Of a DNA stretch of 64,000 nt, positions 20,627-32,200 are shown piece by piece; positions within the stretch are counted from its first letter, which is position 1; each line of letters opens with the position of its first letter. Under the pieces are notes generated by a model. The model ran no database searches, had not been told where the DNA came from, and saw only the letters and a program-made list of their open reading frames with translations. A program made the position numbers and the translations under genes. Source of the DNA: Akkermansia sp. (GTDB taxonomy: Bacteria > Verrucomicrobiota > Verrucomicrobiia > Verrucomicrobiales > Akkermansiaceae); contig JAZQCA010000022.1 of NCBI GenBank assembly GCA_045545975.1, positions 571 through 64,570 of the forward strand, in the 5' to 3' direction.

Positions 20627-20656
20627 GTTCAGAATTCAAATATAACGTCATACAAT

Positions 20657-21568
20657 ATGAGAGCCCCGTTTCTTACAAATTTCAGCATCTGTCACCTGTG
20701 GAATACTCTACACCGCATCTTCCCCCGGCATATAGCTGGGCAAAGCTTTGCAGAAGCTGTGGAAATAGCGCTACAGGAAAAAGCAATGCGCAGACCTCGC
20801 ACACGAGCAGAGTTCCGAAACGTATGCGACAGGATTCTTCGACATACTCCAAGCCTGGCAGATCGAAAAATCTCACGCATATCCCGGGAAGAATGCGGCG
20901 AAATCATCCGCAGAGTTTTCCCTACGGCGCGGCAACAAGAGAAGGCCCGGCGTATTCTCCACAGTCTGTTTGAGATTAGTATACGGTACGGAAAATGCGT
21001 AAGTAATCCCATTGTCGGTATGGCGCGACCACAGCTCTGTGAAAACGAGGTTCGCCCATTGTCGTGGGAGCACTTACGAGCGCTGCTGAGAACAGCGAGA
21101 AAAAGAGAATTTCAATCTTGTATGCCTCCGCTCGGACTCATGCTTTGGGCGGGAATCCGACCGGCAGAGGTGTGCAGACTCCGCTGGAGCGACATCGACT
21201 GGGAGGAGAATGTCATAACTCTACGCCCCCAGCATAGTAAAACAGGAGGAGCTCGCCATGTTACACTCCAACCGGTTCTGGCTCGATGGCTGCAGGAGTC
21301 AGGAATGACGAGAGAGGGAAAAATCTGCCCTCCGAACTGGGAACGACGATGGAAGCGTTTGCGGACAATCGCCGGTGTGCTGCCCTGGCAGCAAGATGTG
21401 CTACGCCACACCTTCGCAAGCTATCATGCTAAGTTTTGGCGAAACTTCCCTCTGCTGCAAACGGAGATGGGGCACCGTTCAGCCGAATTGCTGAGGACGC
21501 GCTATCTGAGTATGTATGGTGTAACCAGAGAACACGCGATCATTTTCTGGCGCCCCGGAGGGTTGTGA
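20657..21568 (+). CDS. Tyrosine recombinase (core-binding plus catalytic domain, no arm-binding domain)
   Basis: GIRPAEV (R), SKTG (K), QDVLRHTFASY (xxLRH), MGH, RTRY (Y); N-terminal helical core-binding region ending in CVSNP; 303 aa. Confidence 0.92.
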   Translation: MRAPFLTNFSICHLWNTLHRIFPRHIAGQSFAEAVEIALQEKAMRRPRTRAEFRNVCDRILRHTPSLADRKISRISREECGEIIRRVFPTARQQEKARRILHSLFEISIRYGKCVSNPIVGMARPQLCENEVRPLSWEHLRALLRTARKREFQSCMPPLGLMLWAGIRPAEVCRLRWSDIDWEENVITLRPQHSKTGGARHVTLQPVLARWLQESGMTREGKICPPNWERRWKRLRTIAGVLPWQQDVLRHTFASYHAKFWRNFPLLQTEMGHRSAELLRTRYLSMYGVTREHAIIFWRPGGL

Positions 21569-21575
21569 CAATGTC

Positions 21576-22508
21576 TCAGGTATCGGTTCTCCAGAGCCCC
21601 ACCCCAGCCGCGCGCGCAGCTTTCTCAGCGGCTTCCAGCTCAAGAGCTTGGGGGTCCTTACCCAACCGCTTATAAAAGCGAGCCAATCCTTCCTTCAATA
21701 GTACAAGATTCACGCATACTCGTCCCACATACACCTTCCCCAGCAAGCGCCCATACCGATCTTTTTCCAGAGCTTCCACCCGAACAGATTTTTTCTCAAT
21801 CAACGCTTTCAGACGTGCGCGAGCCTCTAGCGAAAAAGGCTTCCCCTTTTCCGGAGCATCCACTCCATAGAGCTGTACCACTATGGGCTCATCATCCTCG
21901 ACGGAACAGCGAACTTTAATCGTATCGCCATCCATGACATACTCGCAGGTTCCCATCAACATACCCCCATTCTCTACAGATACATCCCCGGCAGAACCGA
22001 GATCGCTATCATCATCGGCAGCCGGACCCTCATGCACCGTACCATTCCGTTGGCGGAACGAGCGAGGGTTCTCAGCATTGTCATCCTTCCACACCCCCTT
22101 ACGGGTCTTACGAGCCAATTCCTGAGCCTCTGCAAGCTCAGCATCCGTGGAATGGAAGTCATAGAACCAGGCCAGTCCGGCCTTCACCATTTCCAGGTTC
22201 ACATATTTATTGCCGGCATAGACTTTAGCCACATAACGCCCGTACTGATCGACCTCCACAACCTCAATACGGACTATTTTTCCACGAGCCCATTTCTCGA
22301 GAAACTTTCTTGACTGGGCGGCATACGCCTGACCTTTCTCCGGAGCATCTATCCCATACAATCGCACTCGCTCCTCCTTCGTTTGTCCTTTCTGAATGAA
22401 CTTGAAGGAGTCACCATCCTGTACATAACTGCACCGCCCATGCAAGACCTCAGCAGAAGTCTCAGCGATCCCCATAAGTGCCAGAAAAAACGAAAAGAGA
22501 CGTTTCAT
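21576..22508 (-). CDS. Secreted thermonuclease (SNase) with two tandem nuclease domains
   Basis: Signal peptide; DGDSF/VRLYGIDAPE/DQYGRYVA and DGDTI/VQLYGVDAPE/DRYGRLLG. Confidence 0.88.
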   Translation of the reverse strand: MKRLFSFFLALMGIAETSAEVLHGRCSYVQDGDSFKFIQKGQTKEERVRLYGIDAPEKGQAYAAQSRKFLEKWARGKIVRIEVVEVDQYGRYVAKVYAGNKYVNLEMVKAGLAWFYDFHSTDAELAEAQELARKTRKGVWKDDNAENPRSFRQRNGTVHEGPAADDDSDLGSAGDVSVENGGMLMGTCEYVMDGDTIKVRCSVEDDEPIVVQLYGVDAPEKGKPFSLEARARLKALIEKKSVRVEALEKDRYGRLLGKVYVGRVCVNLVLLKEGLARFYKRLGKDPQALELEAAEKAARAAGVGLWRTDT

Positions 22509-22634
22509 GATGTAAGAAAGAGATTCCATACAATGAAGTAGTTTATCAGCAACGGGGTTCAGTATAAACAAACGGGAGCTTGTACGCAAGTTTTTTCTTG
22601 CTCCCGGATTTTTTATGTGCTAAGCTCAGCGCTC

Positions 22635-23249
22635 ATGAAAGCACTCCTCATAAACGGCAGTCCGAACCCCAAAGGCAACACCTTTCACGCCCTCAATATG
22701 GTCGCAGAAGGGCTCCGTGCAGGCGGAGTCGAATCGACACTTATCCAGATCGGATCCCAAGCTGTACAGGGTTGCATAGGTTGCCGCCGGTGCCTGAAAA
22801 CCGGGCGCTGCGGTATCAATGATGAACTCTACAACAGCATATGCGACATGCTTGATGAGGTAGGAGCCATCGTCATCGGTAGCCCTACCTATTTTGCCGG
22901 TCCCAATGGTTCTCTCTGCGCCCTGCTTGATCGCCTGTACTACTCTGCAGGCAGCAAACTGGCATACAAACCGGGAGCCACCATTGCAGTAGCTCGTCGC
23001 GGAGGAGCATCCACCACACTCGACCGCCTTAACAAATATATAACATACAATAATCAACCTCTCGTCAGTTCCTTCTACTGGAACATGATCTACGGCATGC
23101 GCCCCGGTGAGGTCCAGCACGATCCGGAAGGGTGCCAGACCATGCGGAATCTCGGTCGCAACCTAGCATGGCTCATGCAATGTATAGCGGGAGGTCCGGC
23201 TCATCCCACCCTCGATGAGCCCCGGGCTTGGACTCACTTCGTCCGGTGA
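22635..23249 (+). CDS. Iron-sulfur flavoprotein / NADPH-dependent FMN reductase family
   Basis: INGSPNPKGNT, CIGCRRCLKTGRC, GSPTYF, RRGGA, DPEG. Confidence 0.88.
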   Translation: MKALLINGSPNPKGNTFHALNMVAEGLRAGGVESTLIQIGSQAVQGCIGCRRCLKTGRCGINDELYNSICDMLDEVGAIVIGSPTYFAGPNGSLCALLDRLYYSAGSKLAYKPGATIAVARRGGASTTLDRLNKYITYNNQPLVSSFYWNMIYGMRPGEVQHDPEGCQTMRNLGRNLAWLMQCIAGGPAHPTLDEPRAWTHFVR

Positions 23250-23461
23250 GGAAGTGAGCCCATCGGAAAGCTCAATACTCCGCATCGGAATATGTTTTCT
23301 CTCTCTTTTTCCATCATATTTTTGAACATCCTCCCCACATCGGTGGTATTATACCATAACAGCCATTGAGCTACTATGAACTTTCACAATCAGAATACAC
23401 TACGGGCAGTCGTAGGGCGTGCATGGCATTATTTGTGAGAAATCACAACTAATGCATCACT

Positions 23462-23791
23462 ATGTCACGTTCCTGGTATAAACATCCCGCAAAAACGACC
23501 TACATTCCGTACAAAGAGCGCATCGCGCACTCCTTCTGGAAATGCCGTTGGAATTTCCGCCACATAGGTCAGATGAGAGCGGCTAGTGCCGCTCGTGCTG
23601 AAAAGACCATCCCCATACGCCCTCGTACCATTCCGCCTCATCCTTGGATTATCGAGTATCGTATGAGCGGACTGACCTCTCCCGGCAACAAACAGCGCTT
23701 TCTTCGCAAACAACGCCGTGCCGCGCGTAAACTGCTTCAGCGCCGTCTGGATGCTGAATATTTCAACGCCTTCTACTCTACAGAACCCTGA
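23462..23791 (+). CDS. Small, highly basic hypothetical protein
   Basis: 109-aa Arg/Lys-rich ORF fills an otherwise empty interval, with hairpins on both sides. Confidence 0.55.
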   Translation: MSRSWYKHPAKTTYIPYKERIAHSFWKCRWNFRHIGQMRAASAARAEKTIPIRPRTIPPHPWIIEYRMSGLTSPGNKQRFLRKQRRAARKLLQRRLDAEYFNAFYSTEP

Positions 23792-23890
23792 ACCCACCCC
23801 ATCGCCATGCCGCATCAACTTGTTGCGACATGGCGTTTCGGTAGGTGGTAACGTTCAGGATGAGACGACAATGGAGCTCTCTCCGAAACC

Positions 23891-24661
23891 TCAATAGGTA
23901 CACGCCTCGAATCCGTTGGCTCGAAAGATGGAGCGTACAGATTCGGTAAGCTCCTGCTCGGGAGGTTCGACATCAGCCAAGGTGTAGTCCAACCCCAGCT
24001 CCTCCCACTTATAACGACCTATCTGGTGAAATGGCAACACATCCACACGCTGCACATTACCCAGTCCGGCAGCATAGCGAGCTAATTTCTCAACATCTTC
24101 AGGCTTGTCCGTTATGCCGGGGACAAGCACATAACGCAACCAGACGTTTTTCCTCACAGCGGCCAGCCGCTCGGCAAAATCAAGGGTAGGCTGCAAAGGT
24201 TGCCTGACAAGAGATTGATATACAGCAGGATTCCAAGCCTTTATATCCAGCAGAACAAGATCAATGTCAGCCAGCATGGCTTCATCTGCATTCACCCCAA
24301 GATGACCGGAAGTATCGATGCAGGTATGAAGCCCCTGCTCCTTGCAGCCTCGTAGCAACGCGCGGGTGAAGTCAGGCTGAAAAAGCGGATCTCCGCCGCT
24401 GATGGTCACCCCGCCGCCGGCTGCCTTCATAAAGGCTGCATAGCGACTGATTTCTTCCAGCACATCAGCCGCACTGCGTTCCCGGCCTCGCCGTACAAAA
24501 GAAGTATCGGGGTTGTGGCAATAGCGGCAGCGCAGACTACAGCCGCTCAGGAACAAAACAAAACGCACCCCGGGACCATCCACGGTGCCGCATGATTCCA
24601 CCGAATGAACCAGTCCGACAGGAGATTGCTCTTCGGTGGCAGGGTGCTTAAAAGTGTGCAT
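23891..24661 (-). CDS. pflA: Pyruvate formate-lyase activating enzyme (radical SAM)
   Basis: VDGPGVRFVLFLSGCSLRCRYCHNPDT, GGGVTISGGDP, CIDTSG, LPFHQIG. Confidence 0.96.
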   Translation of the reverse strand: MHTFKHPATEEQSPVGLVHSVESCGTVDGPGVRFVLFLSGCSLRCRYCHNPDTSFVRRGRERSAADVLEEISRYAAFMKAAGGGVTISGGDPLFQPDFTRALLRGCKEQGLHTCIDTSGHLGVNADEAMLADIDLVLLDIKAWNPAVYQSLVRQPLQPTLDFAERLAAVRKNVWLRYVLVPGITDKPEDVEKLARYAAGLGNVQRVDVLPFHQIGRYKWEELGLDYTLADVEPPEQELTESVRSIFRANGFEACTY

Positions 24662-24818
24662 GCTGATTCTTGGTTACTGTTGACGAAGAACAAGTCAGAC
24701 TCGCTCTGCTCGCTTGTGTCATGAAGGAGAACCTTCATCCACCTATGGTGACTTCTTTCTGCCGGAAAGACCACCAGCAAGCATCACGAGCCTGACTTAT
24801 ATGTTGAAGTCAGTTACC

Positions 24819-27068
<2,250 letters not shown>

Positions 27069-27116
27069 AAATCGTTACGGTGTGAGTTAAATTGTCGGAT
27101 TCTTTTCCGTATACAC

Positions 27117-27145
27117 ATAATAACTGTTTCCACTTCTCAAGTCAA
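27117..27145 (-). promoter_or_regulatory. sigma70-type promoter of pflBA
   Basis: Minus strand TTGACT (27145-40), 17 nt, TATTAT (27122-17). Confidence 0.7.
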
Positions 27146-27345
27146 GACGAAAGCCACATTTTTTATAAAGATTCCAAAAATAGATTGAGTAAGTCGAACA
27201 AGAAACGTTCGTGTTCTCAATATACGGAGATAACCAGACTCGGCTATTTGTCTATCGACGCTATACAGAACCTTCATCGCAGAGCAAAAAAAAATGCTGC
27301 GGATCCGAAGATCCGCAGCGAAAAATGGCAACTGAAAAGCAGCTA

Positions 27346-28980
27346 TCAGTTGTTGTAGATGGAACGAGCCTTGGCGCGAGCCTCCTCGTAGGCCTTCACG
27401 GCAGCAGCCTTGGCATCGCCGGAGGCAGCCTGAGCCGCATCATAGAGCCCCCAGAGGTCGAACATCTGCACAGCAGCCTTCTGACCTACGGTGTAAGCTT
27501 CGGAAGCAGCATTCACAGCTTCTTCCTGCTCAGGAGTGGCCCAAGCATGGCTGTAGCCCTGCACATCATTCCAGTGACCACGGGTAAAGTCAGGGAATGC
27601 CACGGCGCAGTTACCATTGTCCATGGAGAGGGAACCGAGCTCAGCCAGACAGCACCACTCAGCCAAGTCATACACATCCATGTCGAGGGGCAGACCATGC
27701 TGCAGGCAGTAGACCATACGGACATCCATGAAGAAGTCCATACCGCCATGACCACCAACCTTTGCGGCCATGTCGCCGAACTTCTTGATGATGGGATGAC
27801 GATAGCGCTCACGCAAAGCCTCCATCTCCTCTTCGGGCATGAAGCTGTGAGAGCTCAGATCGTCAATCTTGGGAGCAGCCCCCTTAGCAGTGAGCTGAGC
27901 TGCATCAATAGCGAAGCCCTCGATGGGGTACTTGTTGGCGAAACCACGGGTACCAACAAGCTGGAAGAGACGATTGTAGGGCTGGGGATTCATGACATTA
28001 TGCTGAATCTCCACAACCTTACCATTCTCCGTACGCATGAGAGTGGTGGTATGGTCACCATTGCGGAAGTTCGGACAGGGACGACCTGTCTTCTTCTCTA
28101 CATATTCACGACCATGCACCGAAATAGTGTCCATAGCAACGAGAGTCTTGAACCGATCACCACGATGGATATTCATCACCTGAGCCACGGGACCGAGACC
28201 ATGTGTGGCATAGACATCACCGCGATTCTCCATATTGTACTTCATGCGCCATCCGAGCTTGTCGGGATCGTTCTCCGGGTTTACCCAGTACTCATCCCAG
28301 AACTCATCAAGATTGTGGATGTAAGCCCCCTTGGCATAGAGGACTTCACCGAGCACGCCCTGCTGAGCCATATTGAGCGAATCAAGCTCAAACCAGTCAT
28401 AGCAGCAGTTCTCGAGGATCATGCAGTGCTTGCGGAACTTCTCCGAGAGGTTCACAAGCTCCCAGCACTGCTGAAGATTCATGGCGCTGGGAACCTCGAT
28501 GGCAGCGTGCTTACCATTCTCAAGGGCGCACTTAGCCACGGGGAAATGGTGGTCCCAGTCTGTAGCGATGTATACAAGATCAATATCGGAACGCTTGCAG
28601 AGCTCCTCGTAACCCTTGGCTCCATAATAGATGTCAGCGGGAGCCAGCCCGGCCTGACGAAGAAACTTCTGGCATTTCTCAGCCCGCTCCTTCACATAGT
28701 CGCAGAGGGCCACGACCTCCACACCGGGGATGTGGGTGAAGCGGGGAATGGCGCTCGTACCACGCATGCCCAGACCAACGAAAGCAACACGGACGGTTTT
28801 GAGAGCGGGTGTCTTCAGTCCGATGACATGCTCCTGCCCCTCAGGACGAGCGGGAGATTCAACGATGAGAGTGCCCTTGTCCCAATGAGTTCTGGTATCG
28901 GGCGACAGCGACTGAGCATTCAGGCCACCTGCGGCAAAGAGAACCGCACAAGCCAACGCCATTAATTTGTTCAGTTTCAT
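27346..28980 (-). CDS. GH109-type NAD-dependent glycosidase (alpha-N-acetylgalactosaminidase-like; Gfo/Idh/MocA fold)
   Basis: Signal peptide; VAFVGLGMRG, IATDWDHH, AAIEVP, LENCCYD, YATHGLGP, GGHGGMD. Confidence 0.88.
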   Translation of the reverse strand: MKLNKLMALACAVLFAAGGLNAQSLSPDTRTHWDKGTLIVESPARPEGQEHVIGLKTPALKTVRVAFVGLGMRGTSAIPRFTHIPGVEVVALCDYVKERAEKCQKFLRQAGLAPADIYYGAKGYEELCKRSDIDLVYIATDWDHHFPVAKCALENGKHAAIEVPSAMNLQQCWELVNLSEKFRKHCMILENCCYDWFELDSLNMAQQGVLGEVLYAKGAYIHNLDEFWDEYWVNPENDPDKLGWRMKYNMENRGDVYATHGLGPVAQVMNIHRGDRFKTLVAMDTISVHGREYVEKKTGRPCPNFRNGDHTTTLMRTENGKVVEIQHNVMNPQPYNRLFQLVGTRGFANKYPIEGFAIDAAQLTAKGAAPKIDDLSSHSFMPEEEMEALRERYRHPIIKKFGDMAAKVGGHGGMDFFMDVRMVYCLQHGLPLDMDVYDLAEWCCLAELGSLSMDNGNCAVAFPDFTRGHWNDVQGYSHAWATPEQEEAVNAASEAYTVGQKAAVQMFDLWGLYDAAQAASGDAKAAAVKAYEEARAKARSIYNN

Positions 28981-29226
28981 ATTTTTTGTTTCTGGGTTGA
29001 ATGTTGACTGCTATACGACAGACACTTTCAGCTCGCAGCATTCTAGTAATTTATCGCTGAGGAGTCAAGCATATTCTGTGCCAGAGAACACCTATCCCAT
29101 CGGCATGAACGCTGACAGAAATCTGCTAAACTCGGATTTTCAACAAACTAGCCAAGTCCCCAACCTATCTGTCAGAAAATTGGCTACAAACATCTCCGTC
29201 ATGAGCCCTTCCCCCGGAAAGGCGCA

Positions 29227-29254
29227 GCACCGCAGACCGAGAGAACTGCGGTGC
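29227..29254 (-). terminator. Hairpin downstream of the large secreted protein
   Basis: GCACCGCAG-10 nt-CTGCGGTGC perfect 9-bp stem; no clear U-tract. Confidence 0.45.
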
Positions 29255-29280
29255 AGACAACGCAAAGCGGCGATAATCAA

Positions 29281-32200
29281 TTAACGCGCAGCTGCGGCCT
29301 TAATCTTATCCGCAAAGGGATAGGCACGCAGACCGATCACTCTACCTCCCTCATTCACAATGAATCCATAGTGACGATCACCTATATGAATATCGGTGAT
29401 ATGACCACGATCATTGCGAGTCAGCCAAGCGTACTCCACATTGAAGTTCACCATAGGGGGATTACCCGCACCCCAGGGGTGGAACATCGGCAGCTTATTC
29501 TGACCGGCAGAAAGCACATCCAGGAAGAACACCACTTCGTTGATATTCGACTTGTAGCCCTGAAGATAGCGCAGGATAGCTCCGATGAGTCGCGATTCGG
29601 AGCGAGCCCAATGGTGATTTGCCTGAGTGGCAAAGGTCTCCTGTTGACTACCGAGGAACCAGTCAATATCACCGCGCATGAACACCTTGTTGCGGAAAGG
29701 ACTCTTCTGCCAGTAGGCCTTCCAGGCATCACCCCAGGTAGCATTGTCACCATCCCAGAGTCCACGCTGGCGGAAGCGCTCACGGGTCAGGTTCAGATCC
29801 CACCATCCGGTTTCGTTGGCAACGACATCATCACACTCACCACCATTGGTGGCAGCATAGTAGTTCTGATCGCCCCAACGGCGCGTGAGATCCTTGTTTG
29901 TCCGGCTTCGCACATAGGCATCCAGAGAATGGCAAACTTCGTGAGCCAGGACAAACGTGAAATAGTCACCATCAGCAGCTCCTTTCTGTCCGAAACATTC
30001 TTCTGTCAGCCGAACCATGTCGCCGTGCATTTCGGCCAGGTTGTTGCCAACCTCCATGCTGAAGGTGTTTTTATTGGAGTTGAAGATATAACACATGGCA
30101 TCACGCCCATCACCGAAGTTCTGCCCAATGGATATGTGATCATCAGGGAACAAGATGGGAGCATGGTGCTTCAGCAAATCGCGCACAGCGTAAAGCTGCC
30201 CCACTGAGCTACGATTATTATCTGCCAACGGCATCCCCTTCTCAAGATACACCTGACGATCCACCCCTTTCAGCCCCAGGGCATCGGCCACATCGGCTCG
30301 ATGTTCAGCAGAATCGGGCAACAATCGGTGCAGCACCACCCAGTTCATCACGAAAATTCCCGGTACATGGTGCATGGAACCATAGTCGATGACCTTACCT
30401 TTCTCCTGCTTGCACCAAGCATCTGCAAGAGCCCCTCGCTGAAGGAACGGATACTTTTTCACATGCTCCTTCAGCATATTGTAGGCAGCCTGTCGCCCGG
30501 AGGGTGTATTCTGAGCAACAGCCCAGCGAATCCAGCAGGACATCAAATAGCGGTAACGCTTCAATCCTTTCTGACCATCGTCCTCAAGCACTCTGCCAAG
30601 ATCTTTCTCATGCCCTCGGTAGAGTTCATTCTCAATGATAGTCAGATTTCCAGACCAACTCTCAGGATTTACACCTCGAGCACTCACGAGCTGTGAGCCT
30701 GCACTACCGCCCAGCACCATGTCTGCACAGCCATCGCCATCGAAATCTGCCACAGCCATATGGGCACCATTGAGCTCACGAACGAACCTGTCTTTGGGTT
30801 GATTTTCCAAAGTCAGCTCGATGTACTCACCATCGGTGAGAGTCGTCTTGGTCGGATCATTCATCCACACATGCAGAGTTCCCCAGTTAATGCCGTATAG
30901 CAACTCGGTTCTGCCATCGTTATTGAGATCCCCCACTCCCGGCGTGATATTGTAAGAACGCTGAAAAGCCACCTGTTTGTCGGGAGCAAAGCTGATATGA
31001 CGAATCTTCTTCTGCCCCCCCTCAATGGTGTAGGTACTTGCCTGCCCCTTGTGGTAGTACAGACCATCATTGAAGCCGCCTACCAAGTCAGGGGTGCCAT
31101 CATGATCGTAATCCACGATGACAAATCGGTTCGTGGCCAGTTTCATGTCAGCACCGGTGGTGTCTTTGATTGCAGCTCCGATTTCAAGGTGCGGTACATC
31201 CAGCCCAGTCACATAGGCCAGCACCAGAGAACCATCGGGACGGCGCAACACAAGTTTGTTATCCTCGATCACGGCAGCACCATCGGTCTCGCAAGGCGAG
31301 CCATCTGCCATGGTGAGAACCTGAGGTTCGGAGAAAAGCACCTTACCACGTCGAGACTCATTGATGAAGAACCACAAGCGAGAATCAGCCTGCACAATCA
31401 GATCAGGGCGCGCGCCCCCCATACTGATTGCCATAGGCCTACGGTACTTCTGTAATTTTCCGGCACCAACGGTAAATTCCGGCAGGGCGCCGAAATAACA
31501 GAACTCTCGCACAGGTTGTCCCACTTGGTGTCGGCTGTCGCAGAGGTGCATGGTAGTCTTGGTAAAACCACCGCGATCATCTGTCACTACTATATCAAAA
31601 CAGGTCTTGCCGGTACAGGCAAAGTTCTCGTTGGGAATAAAGGTGAATGTACCATCACCTCTGCTGACGACCTTACCTCCCTCGGGCTGGGTAAAAGAAG
31701 CCACTCGCAGCGAGTCCTGATCCACATCATAAGTGAAGCCGTGAAGAATACTGCCGGTGACAGAAGGTACGGACGTTTCCACCAAATGAGTCTGTTCAAA
31801 GACCTGCGGTGCATGATTGTCGTACAGAACAGCTACGGTATCCGCACCTATTGCCTTGTCGAATATATGGATCTGATCAACAGCTGAATTATTCGTGGAT
31901 ATACAATCAAAGGTTCCGTTCAGACGACCGGCAGGAGTACTTCCTGTGGCTACATGCTTACCATCAAGGTACAGCATAACCGTTCCGGTAGCAGCATCGC
32001 GAGTGAATACCACATGGTGCCAGAGTCCATCATTGATCCCCGCCGGGCTCATCACCACCTGACGCCCCATGTAGCGCAATCCGACCTGCGACTTATCGTT
32101 CATCCCCCCCCACAGAGCGTGGTAGTTGGAGCCAATCAGACCGCGTTTGTTCGGCTTACCATCCAAGCGGGTCCAGTAGGATAATGTGGTGGAGCCATTG

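Noticed and set aside
20444-20628. Chromosomal dif site for XerCD
   Set aside because: The repeats do not resemble the dif consensus (11-bp arms around a 6-bp core), and they occur as an inverted pair rather than a single site.
19740-21568. Prophage or ICE integrated at tRNA-Ser
   Set aside because: The recombinase is on the tRNA 5' side, lacks an arm-binding domain, no tRNA 3'-end duplication was seen, and there are no phage, conjugation or replication genes nearby.
23433-23448. Rex or CRP operator (TTGTGA-GAAA-TCACAA) near the pfl genes
   Set aside because: The half-site spacing is 4 nt (16 bp total), shorter than CRP TGTGA-N6-TCACA or the 18-bp Rex box, and it lies downstream of pflA. 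It is better explained as an RNA hairpin with a GNRA loop.
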